A DNA stretch of 64,000 nt from a virus (taxonomy: Duplodnaviria > Heunggongvirae > Uroviricota > Caudoviricetes), in IMG/VR virus record IMGVR_UViG_2681813233_000007; one strand, 5' to 3'. Shown one piece after another: positions 29,089 to 40,325 of this stretch. Under the pieces are notes generated by a model that saw only the letters and a list, made by a program, of their open reading frames with translations, made no database searches and was not told where the DNA came from. How positions within the stretch are numbered: position 1 is the stretch's first letter; every line of letters begins with the position of its first letter. Both the position numbers and the translations under genes were made by a program.

Positions 29089-30274
29089 TTTCCTGAAAAA
29101 CCAGGACGGGCGCTATATCACTGACGGCCTGTCCTCTAAGGACTTCACGCGTTTATTCGACCTTATCAGGAAAGAACAAACCCGTAAGCGCCGACAAGCT
29201 CACCGGACGCTGACGCCAGGTAGACTGAGGAACAAATCCGCCGAAGATATTCTCAAGTTAGGGAAGAAAAAAGGCGGCACGTTCTTCACGCGAGACGACC
29301 TGAAAGGTTTCGAAAAGCTACGGAGTAAAACGCGCGAAAAATATGACAGCAAGACGGCTGGCATCACATACGCCCAGCTGGTGGCATCCAGCCAGGCAAT
29401 CGATATTAAGCGTGCAAATAACGCCGTGGATGACGGATCTGGTATCAAAAGAGCTACACCCGTATCTCTTCGCCACAATGTGATTAATATCCGCGTAGAA
29501 GCATCGGATATATCCGTCCACCAGCACCATATCGTCCGGATACGCTTTGAAGAATGGGATCAGATGGTTGATGACATCGCAGAAGACGATAAATCAGCTC
29601 TCAAAATCACTAAATCACTGTGCGCCGGGCGAGTGTCTTTCGATTGTGACTGTGGTCGTCATCAATACTGGTATCGTTACATCGCCACTGCGGGTAACTT
29701 TGCCCTGGCACCGCCAAAAGAATACGCCTATCCAAAAGTTCGCAACCCGAAGCTGCAAGGCGTCGCCTGTAAACACGTGATCCACTCAATGACGCGGTTA
29801 CAGTCCGCCAGTTGGCAAATGAGTATTGCTCGTGCGCTACAAAAGGCTGCAACGCAAATTGCATTTGGTGACGATCGCCGCCGTACAACTAAACACTTCT
29901 CAAAAGAAGACGAGAAGGAGTTTAATCGCAATCGTAGCAGTAAAACGAACGTTGAAGCCGCCAAACGCGAATGGAGGCTCTATCAGAAGCGCCAGGCAGC
30001 TTTAAGTACAAAACTGGCAAAGGACAACGGCAAGATCGACAAACTACGTGACCAATTGACCAAGGCCAGAAAGTTGTCAGATGCACAGAAAAAACGGGCG
30101 GCAGCAAAAGAAGCGGCCTTGCAACGTGAGAAACAGAAAAACAAGGAGCTTCAGCAACGCCTTGCCGATCAGTTCGCACTGAAGAAGCAGGCGTTCATTG
30201 ATGCGCTTGTCATGGCTGGAACACCACCAGCACAAGCTGAAAAAATGTTCATGGAGTATGTAAAAAAAGCATAA
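29081..30274 (+). CDS. SWIM zinc-finger protein with basic coiled-coil C-terminus
   Basis: CxC...CxH pattern SFDCDCGRHQYWYRY...ACKHVIH. Confidence 0.55.
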   Translation: MPDFLKNQDGRYITDGLSSKDFTRLFDLIRKEQTRKRRQAHRTLTPGRLRNKSAEDILKLGKKKGGTFFTRDDLKGFEKLRSKTREKYDSKTAGITYAQLVASSQAIDIKRANNAVDDGSGIKRATPVSLRHNVINIRVEASDISVHQHHIVRIRFEEWDQMVDDIAEDDKSALKITKSLCAGRVSFDCDCGRHQYWYRYIATAGNFALAPPKEYAYPKVRNPKLQGVACKHVIHSMTRLQSASWQMSIARALQKAATQIAFGDDRRRTTKHFSKEDEKEFNRNRSSKTNVEAAKREWRLYQKRQAALSTKLAKDNGKIDKLRDQLTKARKLSDAQKKRAAAKEAALQREKQKNKELQQRLADQFALKKQAFIDALVMAGTPPAQAEKMFMEYVKKA

Positions 30275-30307
30275 ACCACACATAGCCTAGTAGTTTATGC
30301 TGGGCTT

Positions 30308-31036
30308 TCATTTTTTTGAAAGATCAACTCCAGTATTATCAAACAAACTGGAAATATCAGACACCAATTTATTAAAATGCTTGTCATCATTATAGAATGA
30401 TGTGCTTTTTATAGCGACTATAAAATCACATAAATCTTGCGGAGATTCAATGCTAACCCCCTTATTTTTATATAGTTCAATAATACTGCCAACATCAGTA
30501 TGCAATAGTTTTATCGCGCCACAAATTTCTCGCTGTTTCGTAACCAAGTCATTAAGTTTATTTTCATTTTCATCTAAGATTTGTTTTGAATATTTAGCGT
30601 CATTGGTTGCTTGATTTAACTTTGTTTTCTTTCTTTGCAATTCTATTCTTTTATCATAATCAGCAACTTCATCTAAATATCTTATTTCAGTGTATAATTT
30701 ACTTGTTAGCTTAGATATCGTCAGTGTGAGAATAGGAGCTAATACAGATGCAAATACTCCATAAATAAATGGGATTACAACGTGACAAACCCACGGGGGT
30801 ACAATCCAATTATCAAAGAACGGTACATTACCACCAACAAAAACAATAGATAATGTATATAGGATGTCGTCCTTTGACTTTAATATAATTAAAATATCCT
30901 TCCAGTTAAGGATTAGAAAAGAAATGACAACATATGCAAAAACCTTGTTAAATATTTTATCTTTTATTATTTCAGAAAATGATTTTAGTTCTGTTTCATT
31001 TATAGACGAATTATCTTTAACTTTTTCTGACATCAT
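30308..31036 (-). CDS. membrane protein of unknown function (AT-rich; Abi/exclusion candidate)
   Basis: Two N-terminal TM helices then Lys/Asn-rich coiled-coil; strongly AT-rich codons. Confidence 0.55.
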   Translation of the reverse strand: MMSEKVKDNSSINETELKSFSEIIKDKIFNKVFAYVVISFLILNWKDILIILKSKDDILYTLSIVFVGGNVPFFDNWIVPPWVCHVVIPFIYGVFASVLAPILTLTISKLTSKLYTEIRYLDEVADYDKRIELQRKKTKLNQATNDAKYSKQILDENENKLNDLVTKQREICGAIKLLHTDVGSIIELYKNKGVSIESPQDLCDFIVAIKSTSFYNDDKHFNKLVSDISSLFDNTGVDLSKK

Positions 31037-31057
31037 AGCTTATCCTGATTACTTTTA

Positions 31058-31258
31058 TTATGGATAGTTAAAAGATTCAACAGGTGATGGTGGCTGAATT
31101 GGGTAATGTTTCTTCTCGTACTCCTCAATGAGAAGACTCATAACCTCAAAGAAATCACCTTCCGGAGTATTCATTTCCGGTTCGTTATCGAACATCGGTT
31201 CGACCGCACGCAGTGCGGCCTCATAATCTTGTTCTGTACGGATAGGTTTAATGTTCAT
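31058..31258 (-). CDS. small ORF resembling the N-terminal domain of long HigA-type antitoxins (no HTH)
   Basis: IKPIRTEQDYEAALRAVEPMF...EGDFFEVMSLLIEEYEKKHYPI. Confidence 0.35.
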   Translation of the reverse strand: MNIKPIRTEQDYEAALRAVEPMFDNEPEMNTPEGDFFEVMSLLIEEYEKKHYPIQPPSPVESFNYP

Positions 31259-31314
31259 TAATTACAAAGGAAAGCCCACTTGCTAAGTGGGCTTTTTGTA
31301 TGTGTTTTACTATA

Positions 31315-31653
31315 TCAGGCTGCTTTTTTATTCAGGTTCCGCTGAGAAATAAATTTTTCAGCAGTATTGATACGACTTAACTCTTCCTGAACGCGCATAT
31401 CATTTTCGACTTCCCACAGATCTACTGCGGTCTGAAGATTAATCCAAAAATCTACAGAAGTATCGAATGCTTTTGCCAGGCGATATGCCATATCCATCGT
31501 TAGCTTACGATTATTATTAACAAGAGCACTTACGGTGTTACGATGAACATGAAGTATTTCTGCTAACTCGTTGATCTTCAGCTCTAACGGCTCCAGGTAT
31601 TCGTACAGCAGGATATCACCTACGGTCGTCGGTTTTCTGGTTGCCTGTTTCAT
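31315..31653 (-). CDS. higA: HigA antitoxin (XRE-family HTH)
   Basis: HTH core ELAEILHVHRNTVSALVNNNRKLTMDMAYRLAKAFDTSVDFWINLQ; downstream of higB. Confidence 0.8.
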   Translation of the reverse strand: MKQATRKPTTVGDILLYEYLEPLELKINELAEILHVHRNTVSALVNNNRKLTMDMAYRLAKAFDTSVDFWINLQTAVDLWEVENDMRVQEELSRINTAEKFISQRNLNKKAA

Positions 31654-31723
31654 TTTTTGCCCTTACTAGCGTGCGTATTAAGTGGACTCTGGTCAGAACC
31701 CGGTCCGTAACCGGGTATCTGTT

Positions 31724-32026
31724 TTAGTATTTGTGAGGGTCGAGATACAAGTCCTCGGCCTTTCCGTTAACCCACTTAAAAATTAACCTATATTGCTTAT
31801 TCACCCTTACTGATGAATAGCCATTTAGCTTCCCTGACAGTTCCTCATACCGATTACCTGGTGGTGATCTTAAATCCTTACAGGTAGTTGCGGCATTGAT
31901 AATGTCCAACTTCCGTGACAATGTCATATGAATATCAGGAGGTATCTTTCTATGTGGTGTTGAAAATTCAAAAAAATCATCAAGCCACGCATCCCTGAAA
32001 TCCTTTATGTTAATTTTTTTGGTCAT
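31724..32026 (-). CDS. higB: HigB toxin (RelE/ParE superfamily)
   Basis: SPPGNRYEELSGKLNGYSSVRVNKQYRLIFKWVNG...DPHKY. Confidence 0.8.
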   Translation of the reverse strand: MTKKINIKDFRDAWLDDFFEFSTPHRKIPPDIHMTLSRKLDIINAATTCKDLRSPPGNRYEELSGKLNGYSSVRVNKQYRLIFKWVNGKAEDLYLDPHKY

Positions 32027-32176
32027 TAGTCATTTGATCCTCCGTGATGATTACCGAATGCCATAACTATAGCGCACCGTTGCACTGTGCGCAAGTGCAT
32101 TTTATGAATTCCCCCTCCTTCATCCAAAATCACAATCTCCCGAAAATCTTCCTTTCGATACCTGACAGATCGACCT

Positions 32177-32980
32177 TTGAGGATGCTTATGGGCCGTTTT
32201 GACGAATGGTTTGCTGACGATGCAAACCTGGCAAGTAAGGAGTCAGAACATGACAGCACGCAGAGAGAAACGCCAGCGCCGATTGAAGCGAATGCAGGAG
32301 GCGCGCCGGAACATGGCAATACCGGTTCGGATTCATTCAGCATTCTGGAAGAGCAACCCGCCGCCAAAGCTGATAGCCATGATAATTTTGCTGATAGCAA
32401 CGGTGGCCTTACTCCGGATGCTGGCGAATCAGATATAGCCATACTTCCATCTTCCCTGGCTGGCAGAGAACCGACTCCACAGTTAAAAGCACGCTATAAC
32501 GGGCATAAAGCCTTTAACGACCAAATCCGCGCAGACTGGATGCTGATTATTGAATCCAGCCCAGACGCGTTTCAGGCTCTCTTATATCGACCAGATGTTG
32601 GCACATATGGGGTAGTCAGCGACGAAACAGGAGAAGAGTCATTCACTGAACTGGATAACAACCAACGCGAACTGACTTACCAGGAACCTGAAATCGTTTA
32701 TGTGCTGGATAACCCTGACGGGCGTGACTCTTTCCATGCGATTGACGCAGACGGTGAGCAGGATGGCTTAACCGATGATGTTCTGATTCTGCGTATTGCA
32801 GCAAATAACGTCCCCGTCGGCTCAATTCTTGAATGGAATGAAGAGATGGTAAACGGCGTAGCGCGCCGCTGGTGGTACGTGCACCGTATTTTTAGCTACG
32901 GCACACAGCATGTTGGTTCGCTTTACTACTGCATACCTGCCAGGAATTTTGATACGACTCAAAACGGAGTGATCGAATGA
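32177..32980 (+). CDS. hypothetical acidic protein
   Basis: ORF track; first gene of a 4-gene plus-strand operon. Confidence 0.5.
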   Translation: MRMLMGRFDEWFADDANLASKESEHDSTQRETPAPIEANAGGAPEHGNTGSDSFSILEEQPAAKADSHDNFADSNGGLTPDAGESDIAILPSSLAGREPTPQLKARYNGHKAFNDQIRADWMLIIESSPDAFQALLYRPDVGTYGVVSDETGEESFTELDNNQRELTYQEPEIVYVLDNPDGRDSFHAIDADGEQDGLTDDVLILRIAANNVPVGSILEWNEEMVNGVARRWWYVHRIFSYGTQHVGSLYYCIPARNFDTTQNGVIE

Positions 32981-33744
32981 CTTCAAATAAAACCCTCCTG
33001 GCGCGAACAGGTGAATGGCAAACCTCACGCACAGGAAAATTCCAGACCACGGGCTTTGAAAACGTGGATAACGCGTTTGCGACGCTAATCAGCAACATTT
33101 TTTCTGATATCTTACTGGTGGCCCCCGCGCCGGAAGAAAAACGCTTTGCGTCATTCCTGAATCGTCCACCAGCAGAGCGTGTCTATGTGGCCCGTTTCGA
33201 CAATGCGATCGAGTTTCTTAAAGCAGTTCGTCGCGCAAATGCCGGGCAAGGGAGAAAACCTGAAAACCAGAACATTAACCGGGATGCTCTCCCCCTGGTC
33301 AATATCTCACGCACTATGGATATCAATTATATCAACGATGATCAGCAGATTGACCGCAAAAAAGTAGCCAGTTTTTGCGAACCGGATACCGGAATGCCTT
33401 TAGCAGAACTGGAATACACCCAGGCCATTCTGACGTATGACGTTACGTTAATGGCAACTGATAAAGCGACCATGAGTCTGATGTGTAATTCGCTGGGCGC
33501 ACGGCTTCGCCTGATGACAGGTACACAATTTGAAGCAACCACTCACCTTGTTCGTGTCCCGGTCCCGCTGATTTGCTCGATACAGGATGCCAAAGAAGTC
33601 GGCTTTACGGATGTTTCAGCACCAATTGGAGAAGAGCGTATTTATGCCACACAAGCGCCGATAAGTGTGATTGCAGACGTGATCACAACATGGGAGTTGG
33701 ACGCAAAACGTATTATTACCGAAACCTCGATATCTATGGGGTGA
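32977..33744 (+). CDS. hypothetical protein
   Basis: ORF track. Confidence 0.5.
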   Translation: MTSNKTLLARTGEWQTSRTGKFQTTGFENVDNAFATLISNIFSDILLVAPAPEEKRFASFLNRPPAERVYVARFDNAIEFLKAVRRANAGQGRKPENQNINRDALPLVNISRTMDINYINDDQQIDRKKVASFCEPDTGMPLAELEYTQAILTYDVTLMATDKATMSLMCNSLGARLRLMTGTQFEATTHLVRVPVPLICSIQDAKEVGFTDVSAPIGEERIYATQAPISVIADVITTWELDAKRIITETSISMG

Positions 33745-33747
33745 TAA

Positions 33748-34728
33748 GTGGCCCAGGAGTTACAACAATATTTTCTACAGTCAGTGCTCATTAACGATAA
33801 CAAAGTGCCACGAGACTGGATTTTTACCGCAGTATATGTAGAAAAAACCAGCCTCAAAGCCCCTTTGCTAAAACTGGAAATTCATGACGCTACCGGCACC
33901 GTAATTGATGACTGGAAAGCCAAATACGGTGCATCGCTGGTGGCTGAAATGGGCGATCCAAACGGTAATGCAGGCACTTTTAAAACAGATTTCTTTGTTA
34001 CGTCTGCAATGCTGGCTGGTGATGTTGTTACCGTTATTGCTGTCAGTGAAGACGTGCGCAGGTTTAAGATCCCCTCCCCGCGCACAAATTTACATACCAA
34101 CAAAACACCAGACGCTATATTCAAGGCATATTCCGGCAAACTTAAAATTACCAGCAGCGTGCTAAAACGCGCAGTTACATATCATCTGAATGCCGGTGAC
34201 AAACCGTCAAAAATGCTTTCTGAGATAGCGCGAGACAAAGGTGCATTGTGTTGGGTATGTCGGGGGGAATTTAACTTTTACACCCTGGCTGATCTGATGA
34301 AGCAAACGCCATCATTTACCTACGAGGGGAATAACCCTAAAGCAGAATACACTTTGTCAAAAATGCGCCTACTCCAACAGGAACATGCGACAACAGCAAA
34401 GAATCAATATCGTTTTGTTGGGTATTCCATGACCGATGGCTACGTCGAATATGGCGATAGCTCACTCCCAGTGCGTTATATATCCGACTCTGATATGGAA
34501 ACTCTTCGCAATATGCAGCTGTCTCTCGTCCCCAAAATGGATATAGAAGTCGCAGGCAATCCTGATATAAAACCGGGGATGGTGATAGAGATTATCGTAT
34601 ACCGCTATGACCAGGAAAACCGCATTGATGAATCAATGCCCCGTAAGCTGATAGTAAAAAATGTTGCGCACTTTGAAGACCGCGTAGGCTACACAACACG
34701 AATGATATTGGGAGTGCCGAACAAATGA
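33748..34728 (+). CDS. hypothetical protein (possible baseplate hub component)
   Basis: ORF track; precedes spike-like gene. Confidence 0.45.
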   Translation: MAQELQQYFLQSVLINDNKVPRDWIFTAVYVEKTSLKAPLLKLEIHDATGTVIDDWKAKYGASLVAEMGDPNGNAGTFKTDFFVTSAMLAGDVVTVIAVSEDVRRFKIPSPRTNLHTNKTPDAIFKAYSGKLKITSSVLKRAVTYHLNAGDKPSKMLSEIARDKGALCWVCRGEFNFYTLADLMKQTPSFTYEGNNPKAEYTLSKMRLLQQEHATTAKNQYRFVGYSMTDGYVEYGDSSLPVRYISDSDMETLRNMQLSLVPKMDIEVAGNPDIKPGMVIEIIVYRYDQENRIDESMPRKLIVKNVAHFEDRVGYTTRMILGVPNK

Positions 34729-35378
34729 AGCGTAGAGCGCAAATTGTTGGAACTGTGCACCCGGCAGGGCTTATGCGTGCTCAAGTCCGTGTTTTACCTG
34801 ACTGGAATGGCGTTCCTGATGACGATCTACCCTGGGCGGAATACCTGTTACCCATCGGAAACGCTTTTGTACCCACAGTCAAAGGTGACCTGGTTTGGGT
34901 AGAGTTTCCTTATTTAGATGTTAACGGTCGAATAGACACCAGACGCCCAATGATAGTTGGTGCCGCTCAGGATGCACCGGGAGGAATTCCAAACGTTGCA
35001 CCAGAAGCATCTGGCAAAGGCAACGGCTGGACGCCGCCGGAAGTAGATGGAGCACCTCCCCGCCCCCAAATCTCAGCAACGAAAGACTTCGTTATTCACC
35101 GCAACAATATTCTTGAAGTACGAACTGCTGGTGGCGGCTATGAAATTGCCAATACGGCAGCAGGCTCAAGGATTGGCATGAATGAGTCCGGGCAGATATA
35201 TATCATTGGTCCGGCTGATGTAATCGTGAATGCAGGAGGGAGTGTTAACGTCAAATCAGCCAACAACATCAATGTTAAAGGGGAAAATATTGCTGTCACC
35301 GCTAACGGAGACATAGCTTTCAAGGCAGGAGGAACCTTTCAGGCCACTGCTAGCAACTTCGATTTCAAGAAAGGATAG
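34725..35378 (+). CDS. baseplate central spike-like protein (gpV-like OB fold plus beta-helix repeats)
   Basis: N-terminal VGTVHPAGLMRAQVRV...GDLVWVEF; C-terminal VNAGGSVNVKSANNINVKGENIAVTANGDIAFKAGG repeats. Confidence 0.5.
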   Translation: MKRRAQIVGTVHPAGLMRAQVRVLPDWNGVPDDDLPWAEYLLPIGNAFVPTVKGDLVWVEFPYLDVNGRIDTRRPMIVGAAQDAPGGIPNVAPEASGKGNGWTPPEVDGAPPRPQISATKDFVIHRNNILEVRTAGGGYEIANTAAGSRIGMNESGQIYIIGPADVIVNAGGSVNVKSANNINVKGENIAVTANGDIAFKAGGTFQATASNFDFKKG

Positions 35379-35437
35379 AAAATGCACCAGTTTGTGTTAG
35401 ATAATTAATATGTATTTTCTAACACAAATGGTGAGAC

Positions 35438-36343
35438 ATGAGATCAGTCGCTTTCAAAAATATCTTCATCTATCGTCTTTCACGCGAAGTTAGCTGGGAT
35501 ACTGCAGAAGTAAATGCAGCCCTTAGCAAGTTTGTGTTTACCCCATGCGGTTCTCAGGATATGGCTAAAGCTGGTTGGACCCCCGTTCTTGGCGACAACC
35601 TCACCCATGAATACCAGGGTTTTCTTCTGATACAGCATAAACGAGAGGAAAAAATCCTACCCTCTCAAGTGCTCAAAGAAGAGTTACAGAAAAAAATCCT
35701 GACACTTGAAGAAGAGCAAGACAGAAAGCTGAAGAAGACTGAAAAAGATTCGCTGAAGGATGAAGTGCTTCACTCTCTTCTTCCTCGTGCTTTCACGAGA
35801 AAATCAGTCGCTAAAATCCTGATAGACCGAAGCAATCATCTGGTTTTTGTCGAGGCCAGCAGTGCTAAAAAAGCAGAGGATCAGCTGGCTTTGTTACGGA
35901 AATCGCTTGGCAGCTTGCCCGTTGTCCCCTTCTCTCCGAAAGACCCATTAGAACTGACCATCACTGGCTGGATTAAAAATGGCTTCCCGAACGGTTTCCG
36001 TGCCGGTGAGGAAGCGACCTTAAAAGCATTGCTTGATGATGGCGGCGCGGTCCGCTGCAAAAAAGTGGACCTGCTATCCGACGAGATCATGAGTCATATA
36101 GAAGCTGGTAAGGTTGCAACCACAGTTGCGGTTAACTGGCAAGACCGTGCATTTTTCAGACTGAATGACGATATGAGTATCAAGGCTTTGTCGTTCAGCG
36201 ACGAATTGTACGACCAGAACGACGATATTGATCGAGAGGATGTTGCGCAACGATTTGACGCTGACTTTATCCTATTTACTGCTGAATTATCAGCGATGTT
36301 CACCTCGCTAGTGGAGGCCGTTGGTGGTGAAGCAGAACGTTAA
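35438..36343 (+). CDS. hrdC: RdgC-family recombination-associated protein (HrdC)
   Basis: Alignable with E. coli RdgC end to end (YRLSRE...[49 protein letters not shown]). Confidence 0.85.
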   Translation: MRSVAFKNIFIYRLSREVSWDTAEVNAALSKFVFTPCGSQDMAKAGWTPVLGDNLTHEYQGFLLIQHKREEKILPSQVLKEELQKKILTLEEEQDRKLKKTEKDSLKDEVLHSLLPRAFTRKSVAKILIDRSNHLVFVEASSAKKAEDQLALLRKSLGSLPVVPFSPKDPLELTITGWIKNGFPNGFRAGEEATLKALLDDGGAVRCKKVDLLSDEIMSHIEAGKVATTVAVNWQDRAFFRLNDDMSIKALSFSDELYDQNDDIDREDVAQRFDADFILFTAELSAMFTSLVEAVGGEAER

Positions 36344-38615
36344 CCTTCGATATGGTTCAGTTTGCAGTGGAATTGAAGCCGCGAGCATTGCCTGGGAACC
36401 GTTGGGTATGCGTCCGGCGTGGTTTGCTGAAATTGAGCCTTTTCCATCTGCCGTTCTTGCGCACCGCTGGCCTCATGTCGCCAACCTTGGCGATATGACA
36501 AAACTTGCCAAAAAAGTCCTGGCTGGGGAAATCGAATCCCCTGATGTGCTCGTCGGGGGAACACCTTGTCAGGCATTCAGTATCGCGGGATTACGTGGTG
36601 GGCTTGATGATGAGCGTGGCGCGCTAACTTTAAAGTATGTGGAGCTTGCAAATGCAATTGACGACAAACGGGCTGAGTCATTTCTCAAACCAGCCGTTAT
36701 CGTCTGGGAAAATGTCCCAGGAGTCTTGTCATCGGCAGATAACGCCTTCGGATGTTTCCTTGCCGGATTGGCTGGAGAAGATGCGCCATTTGAACCAGGT
36801 GATCGACCTGAATCAGGAAAAAGTAACACGTTCTGGCGGTGGGATGGCAAAACCGGTTGCCATGCTCCAAAGTGGCCGCAGTGTGGTTGTATTTATGGAC
36901 CGCAGCGAAAAGTGGCCTGGAGAATCCTTGATGCCCAATACTTCGGAGTGGCACAACGACGCCGACGCGTGTTTGTTGTCGCAAGTGCTCGAACAGACCT
37001 CGATCCCGCAACGGTACTTTTTGAGTTCGAAGGCGTGCGCCGGAATATTGCGCCGAGCCGAAAAAAGAAGGAAATCGCTTCCGCCATTATTGCAAATGGC
37101 GCTGCAATCAGTGGCGAAAGCCTAAATCCATGCCTACACGCTGACATGCCACCCGGTATGAAATCGACGAAAGCCGTAAACGCTTTCAGGATGGCAGCAT
37201 TTGGGGAATATATTGACGATGAAACCGCATCGACAGTAAAGGCAAGAGATTTTAAAGATGCCACTGACCTTGCCGTTTTTAGCAGCACAGGAGCAGGTTT
37301 TTGGTCAGAAGGGCATGGTACATTGCGGGCACGTGAGCAAGAAAGCCATGAGCATCTTGTTACATTGGCTTTTCCTGAGCGTATGAGCGGTACACAACAT
37401 GCTGCAACTAAGAATACTTCACCATCTCTAATGGCTAAAAATCCAACAGCTGTTTGCTATGAAGTAAGAAACGCAGAAGTAGCTGTCCGCCGTCTTACCC
37501 CTGTCGAATGTGAAAGGCTGCAAGGTTTTCCTGAGGGGCATACGTTGATCCCGACGGAAAAGCGTAAAAAAGTTTCTTCAGATGAACTGGCATACCTTCG
37601 CAATCACTATCCAGATTTAAGCGAAGAAGAGGCCGCGATGCTTGCAGCTGACGGACCGCGTTACAAAGCGATCGGCAACAGCATGGCAGTTCCTGTTATG
37701 CAATGGATAGGGTGTCGCATTCTTGCGACCGTAGCGGATAAACAGCAAAAAACAATAAATACCATTACCTACACAAGAAAACTCCGGACTCCGGATGAAT
37801 ATGAACGCCCAATATTCAAATGGGTAGGCGGTAAATTCTCAGAGTTGCCTACAGTGCTTGAGCATCTACCACACGGCAAGCGGTTAATAGAACCATTCGT
37901 TGGTGGCGGTTCCGTATTTACGAATGCAGGATTTCGCCACAACCTGCTTAATGATATTAACGGTGACCTGATTAACTTCTATCAGACATTGCAGCGAGAG
38001 GGACATTCGCTCGTCACGCTGGCATATAGTTTTTTCAAAAATTACAACAACGCTGACGCTTACCTCGAAGTGCGTGAGGCATTTAACAGAGGAAAGTATG
38101 ACCAACTACATCATGCTGCTGCCTTTTTGTACCTTAATCGGCACTGTTTTAATGGCGTAACGCGGTACAACCAAAATGGCGAGTTCAACGTAGGGTATGG
38201 CAAATACAAAGCGCCCTACTTCCCACATGCAGAGATGGAGGCATTTTTGGCTGATGACGTACTCAAAAACACTTCCTTTGTATCAGGTGACTTTGCTAGC
38301 GTCATTGAGGCGGCTGGTGAAGACGATGTGATTTTTTGTGATCCGCCGTATGAACCGCTTCCGGATACAGAGGGATTTACCAGCTATTCAGGAAATAGCT
38401 TCCGTTTCGACGAACAGAAACGGCTTGTATCACTGTTGGTGGATGCCCACCAGCGCGGCGCTAAGGTAGTGATAACAAATAGTGGTGCTCCAAACATCCG
38501 TGAACTATATGAAGGAAACGGGTTTAAAGTACATCATATGGCAGCCAGACGGTCGGTTTCCTGCAAGGCGTCAACACGTGTAGTTGCTAACGATATAATT
38601 GCAATAATGAAGTAA
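36321..38615 (+). CDS. dmt: bifunctional DNA methyltransferase: C5-cytosine MTase fused to Dam-like N6-adenine MTase
   Basis: N-terminal [12 protein letters not shown] and WENVPGV; C-terminal FVGGGSVF and DPPY; 764 aa as in P1 Dmt. Confidence 0.9.
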   Translation: MVVKQNVNLRYGSVCSGIEAASIAWEPLGMRPAWFAEIEPFPSAVLAHRWPHVANLGDMTKLAKKVLAGEIESPDVLVGGTPCQAFSIAGLRGGLDDERGALTLKYVELANAIDDKRAESFLKPAVIVWENVPGVLSSADNAFGCFLAGLAGEDAPFEPGDRPESGKSNTFWRWDGKTGCHAPKWPQCGCIYGPQRKVAWRILDAQYFGVAQRRRRVFVVASARTDLDPATVLFEFEGVRRNIAPSRKKKEIASAIIANGAAISGESLNPCLHADMPPGMKSTKAVNAFRMAAFGEYIDDETASTVKARDFKDATDLAVFSSTGAGFWSEGHGTLRAREQESHEHLVTLAFPERMSGTQHAATKNTSPSLMAKNPTAVCYEVRNAEVAVRRLTPVECERLQGFPEGHTLIPTEKRKKVSSDELAYLRNHYPDLSEEEAAMLAADGPRYKAIGNSMAVPVMQWIGCRILATVADKQQKTINTITYTRKLRTPDEYERPIFKWVGGKFSELPTVLEHLPHGKRLIEPFVGGGSVFTNAGFRHNLLNDINGDLINFYQTLQREGHSLVTLAYSFFKNYNNADAYLEVREAFNRGKYDQLHHAAAFLYLNRHCFNGVTRYNQNGEFNVGYGKYKAPYFPHAEMEAFLADDVLKNTSFVSGDFASVIEAAGEDDVIFCDPPYEPLPDTEGFTSYSGNSFRFDEQKRLVSLLVDAHQRGAKVVITNSGAPNIRELYEGNGFKVHHMAARRSVSCKASTRVVANDIIAIMK

Positions 38616-38646
38616 AAAACGCCGCAGTAGCGGCGTTTACTTTTTC
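38616..38646 (-). terminator. rho-independent terminator of glnS (bidirectional hairpin)
   Basis: CGCCGC-AGTA-GCGGCG flanked by A-run/T-run. Confidence 0.55.
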
Positions 38647-38663
38647 ATGTGGCGAAATACCTA

Positions 38664-40325
38664 TTAACCTAACTTCGCCCAGGTATCACGCAGCCCAACG
38701 GTGCGGTTAAATACCGGTTTTTCCGCCGTAGAATGGCGGCTGTCGAGGCAGAAATAACCTTCACGCTCAAACTGGAATGCTTTACCCGCTACCGCTTCTT
38801 TCAGCGACGGTTCAGCAAAGCCCTGTTTGATCACCAGCGATTCCGGGTTAATCACCGACAGGAAATCATCCGCAGCACCTGGGTTCGGCACGTTGAACAG
38901 ACGATCGTACAGGCGGATTTCAACCGGCAGCGCATGTGCCGCGCTCACCCAGTGAATAACGCCTTTCACTTTACGACCATCTGCCGGATCTTTGCTTAAG
39001 GTGTCGGCGTCATAAGTACAGAAGATGGTGGTGATATTGCCTTCGGCATCTTTCTCCACGCGTTCAGCCTTAATGACGTAAGCATTACGCAGACGCACTT
39101 CTTTACCCAGCACCAGACGTTTGTACTGCTTGTTAGCTTCTTCGCGGAAATCGGCGCGGTCGATCCAAATCTCACCGCTAAACGGCACCTGACGGCTACC
39201 CATTTCCGGTTTGTTTGGATGGTTCGGCATGGTGACCATTTCGCCTTCGCCCTGGTAGTTTTCGATAACCAGTTTCACCGGATCGATAACCGCCATTGCG
39301 CGCGGGGCATTTTCGTTGAGATCTTCACGGATGCAGGATTCCAGCGACGCCATCTCAATGGTGTTGTCCTGCTTGGTCACGCCGATGCGTTTGCAGAACT
39401 CACGAATAGAAGCCGCAGTGTAACCACGACGACGCAGACCGGAAATGGTCGGCATACGCGGGTCATCCCAGCCTTCAACGTGCTTGTCGGTCACCAGCAG
39501 GTTCAGCTTACGCTTGGACATCACGGTGTATTCCAGATTCAGGCGCGAGAATTCGTACTGGCGCGGGTGAACAGGAATGGTGATGTTGTCCAGTACCCAG
39601 TCATACAGACGACGGTTGTCCTGGAACTCAAGCGTACACAGAGAGTGCGTAATACCTTCCAGCGCATCGCTGATGCAGTGGGTGAAGTCGTACATCGGGT
39701 AGATGCACCACTTGTTGCCAGTCTGGTGGTGTTCAGCAAACTTAATACGGTACAGCACCGGGTCGCGCATCACGATAAACGGCGAAGCCATGTCGATTTT
39801 CGCACGCAGGCAGGCTTTACCTTCTTCAAAACCACCGGCACGCATTTTTTCGAACAGCGCCAGGTTCTCTTCAACGCTGCGGTCGCGGTACGGGCTGTTT
39901 TTACCCGGCTGCGTCAGGGTGCCGCGGTATTCGCGGATCTGTTCCGGCGTCAGTTCGTCAACATACGCCAGGCCTTTGTTGATCAGTTCAACAGCATAGG
40001 CATGGAGTTTGTCAAAATAATCGGAGGAGTAACGGATGTTGCCAGACCAGTGAAAACCTAACCATTCAACGTCGTTTTTAATCGACTCAACGTACTCGAT
40101 ATCTTCTTTTACCGGGTTAGTGTCGTCGAAACGCAGGTTGCACTGGCCTTTATAGTCCTGGGCGATCCCGAAGTTCAGGCAGATAGATTTCGCATGACCA
40201 ATATGCAGATAGCCATTCGGTTCCGGCGGGAAACGGGTATGTACTGTGGTGTGCTTACCACTGGCCAGATCTTCATCGATGATCTGACGAATAAAGTTAG
40301 TCGGGCGGGCTTCTGCCTCACTCAT
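38664..40325 (-). CDS. glnS: glutaminyl-tRNA synthetase
   Basis: 553 aa; HIGH motif (LHIGHAKS), KMSKS-type VMSKRK; N-terminus [24 protein letters not shown] recognised as enterobacterial GlnS. Confidence 0.95.
   Translation of the reverse strand: MSEAEARPTNFIRQIIDEDLASGKHTTVHTRFPPEPNGYLHIGHAKSICLNFGIAQDYKGQCNLRFDDTNPVKEDIEYVESIKNDVEWLGFHWSGNIRYSSDYFDKLHAYAVELINKGLAYVDELTPEQIREYRGTLTQPGKNSPYRDRSVEENLALFEKMRAGGFEEGKACLRAKIDMASPFIVMRDPVLYRIKFAEHHQTGNKWCIYPMYDFTHCISDALEGITHSLCTLEFQDNRRLYDWVLDNITIPVHPRQYEFSRLNLEYTVMSKRKLNLLVTDKHVEGWDDPRMPTISGLRRRGYTAASIREFCKRIGVTKQDNTIEMASLESCIREDLNENAPRAMAVIDPVKLVIENYQGEGEMVTMPNHPNKPEMGSRQVPFSGEIWIDRADFREEANKQYKRLVLGKEVRLRNAYVIKAERVEKDAEGNITTIFCTYDADTLSKDPADGRKVKGVIHWVSAAHALPVEIRLYDRLFNVPNPGAADDFLSVINPESLVIKQGFAEPSLKEAVAGKAFQFEREGYFCLDSRHSTAEKPVFNRTVGLRDTWAKLG

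Noticed and set aside
32026-32442. 138-aa minus-strand ORF overlapping the start of the 32177 operon
   Set aside because: Low-complexity Ala/Ser-rich translation antisense to a well-supported plus-strand gene; no RBS; judged spurious.
39219-40061. 280-aa plus-strand ORF inside glnS
   Set aside because: Antisense to a full-length conserved aaRS gene; composition artefact.
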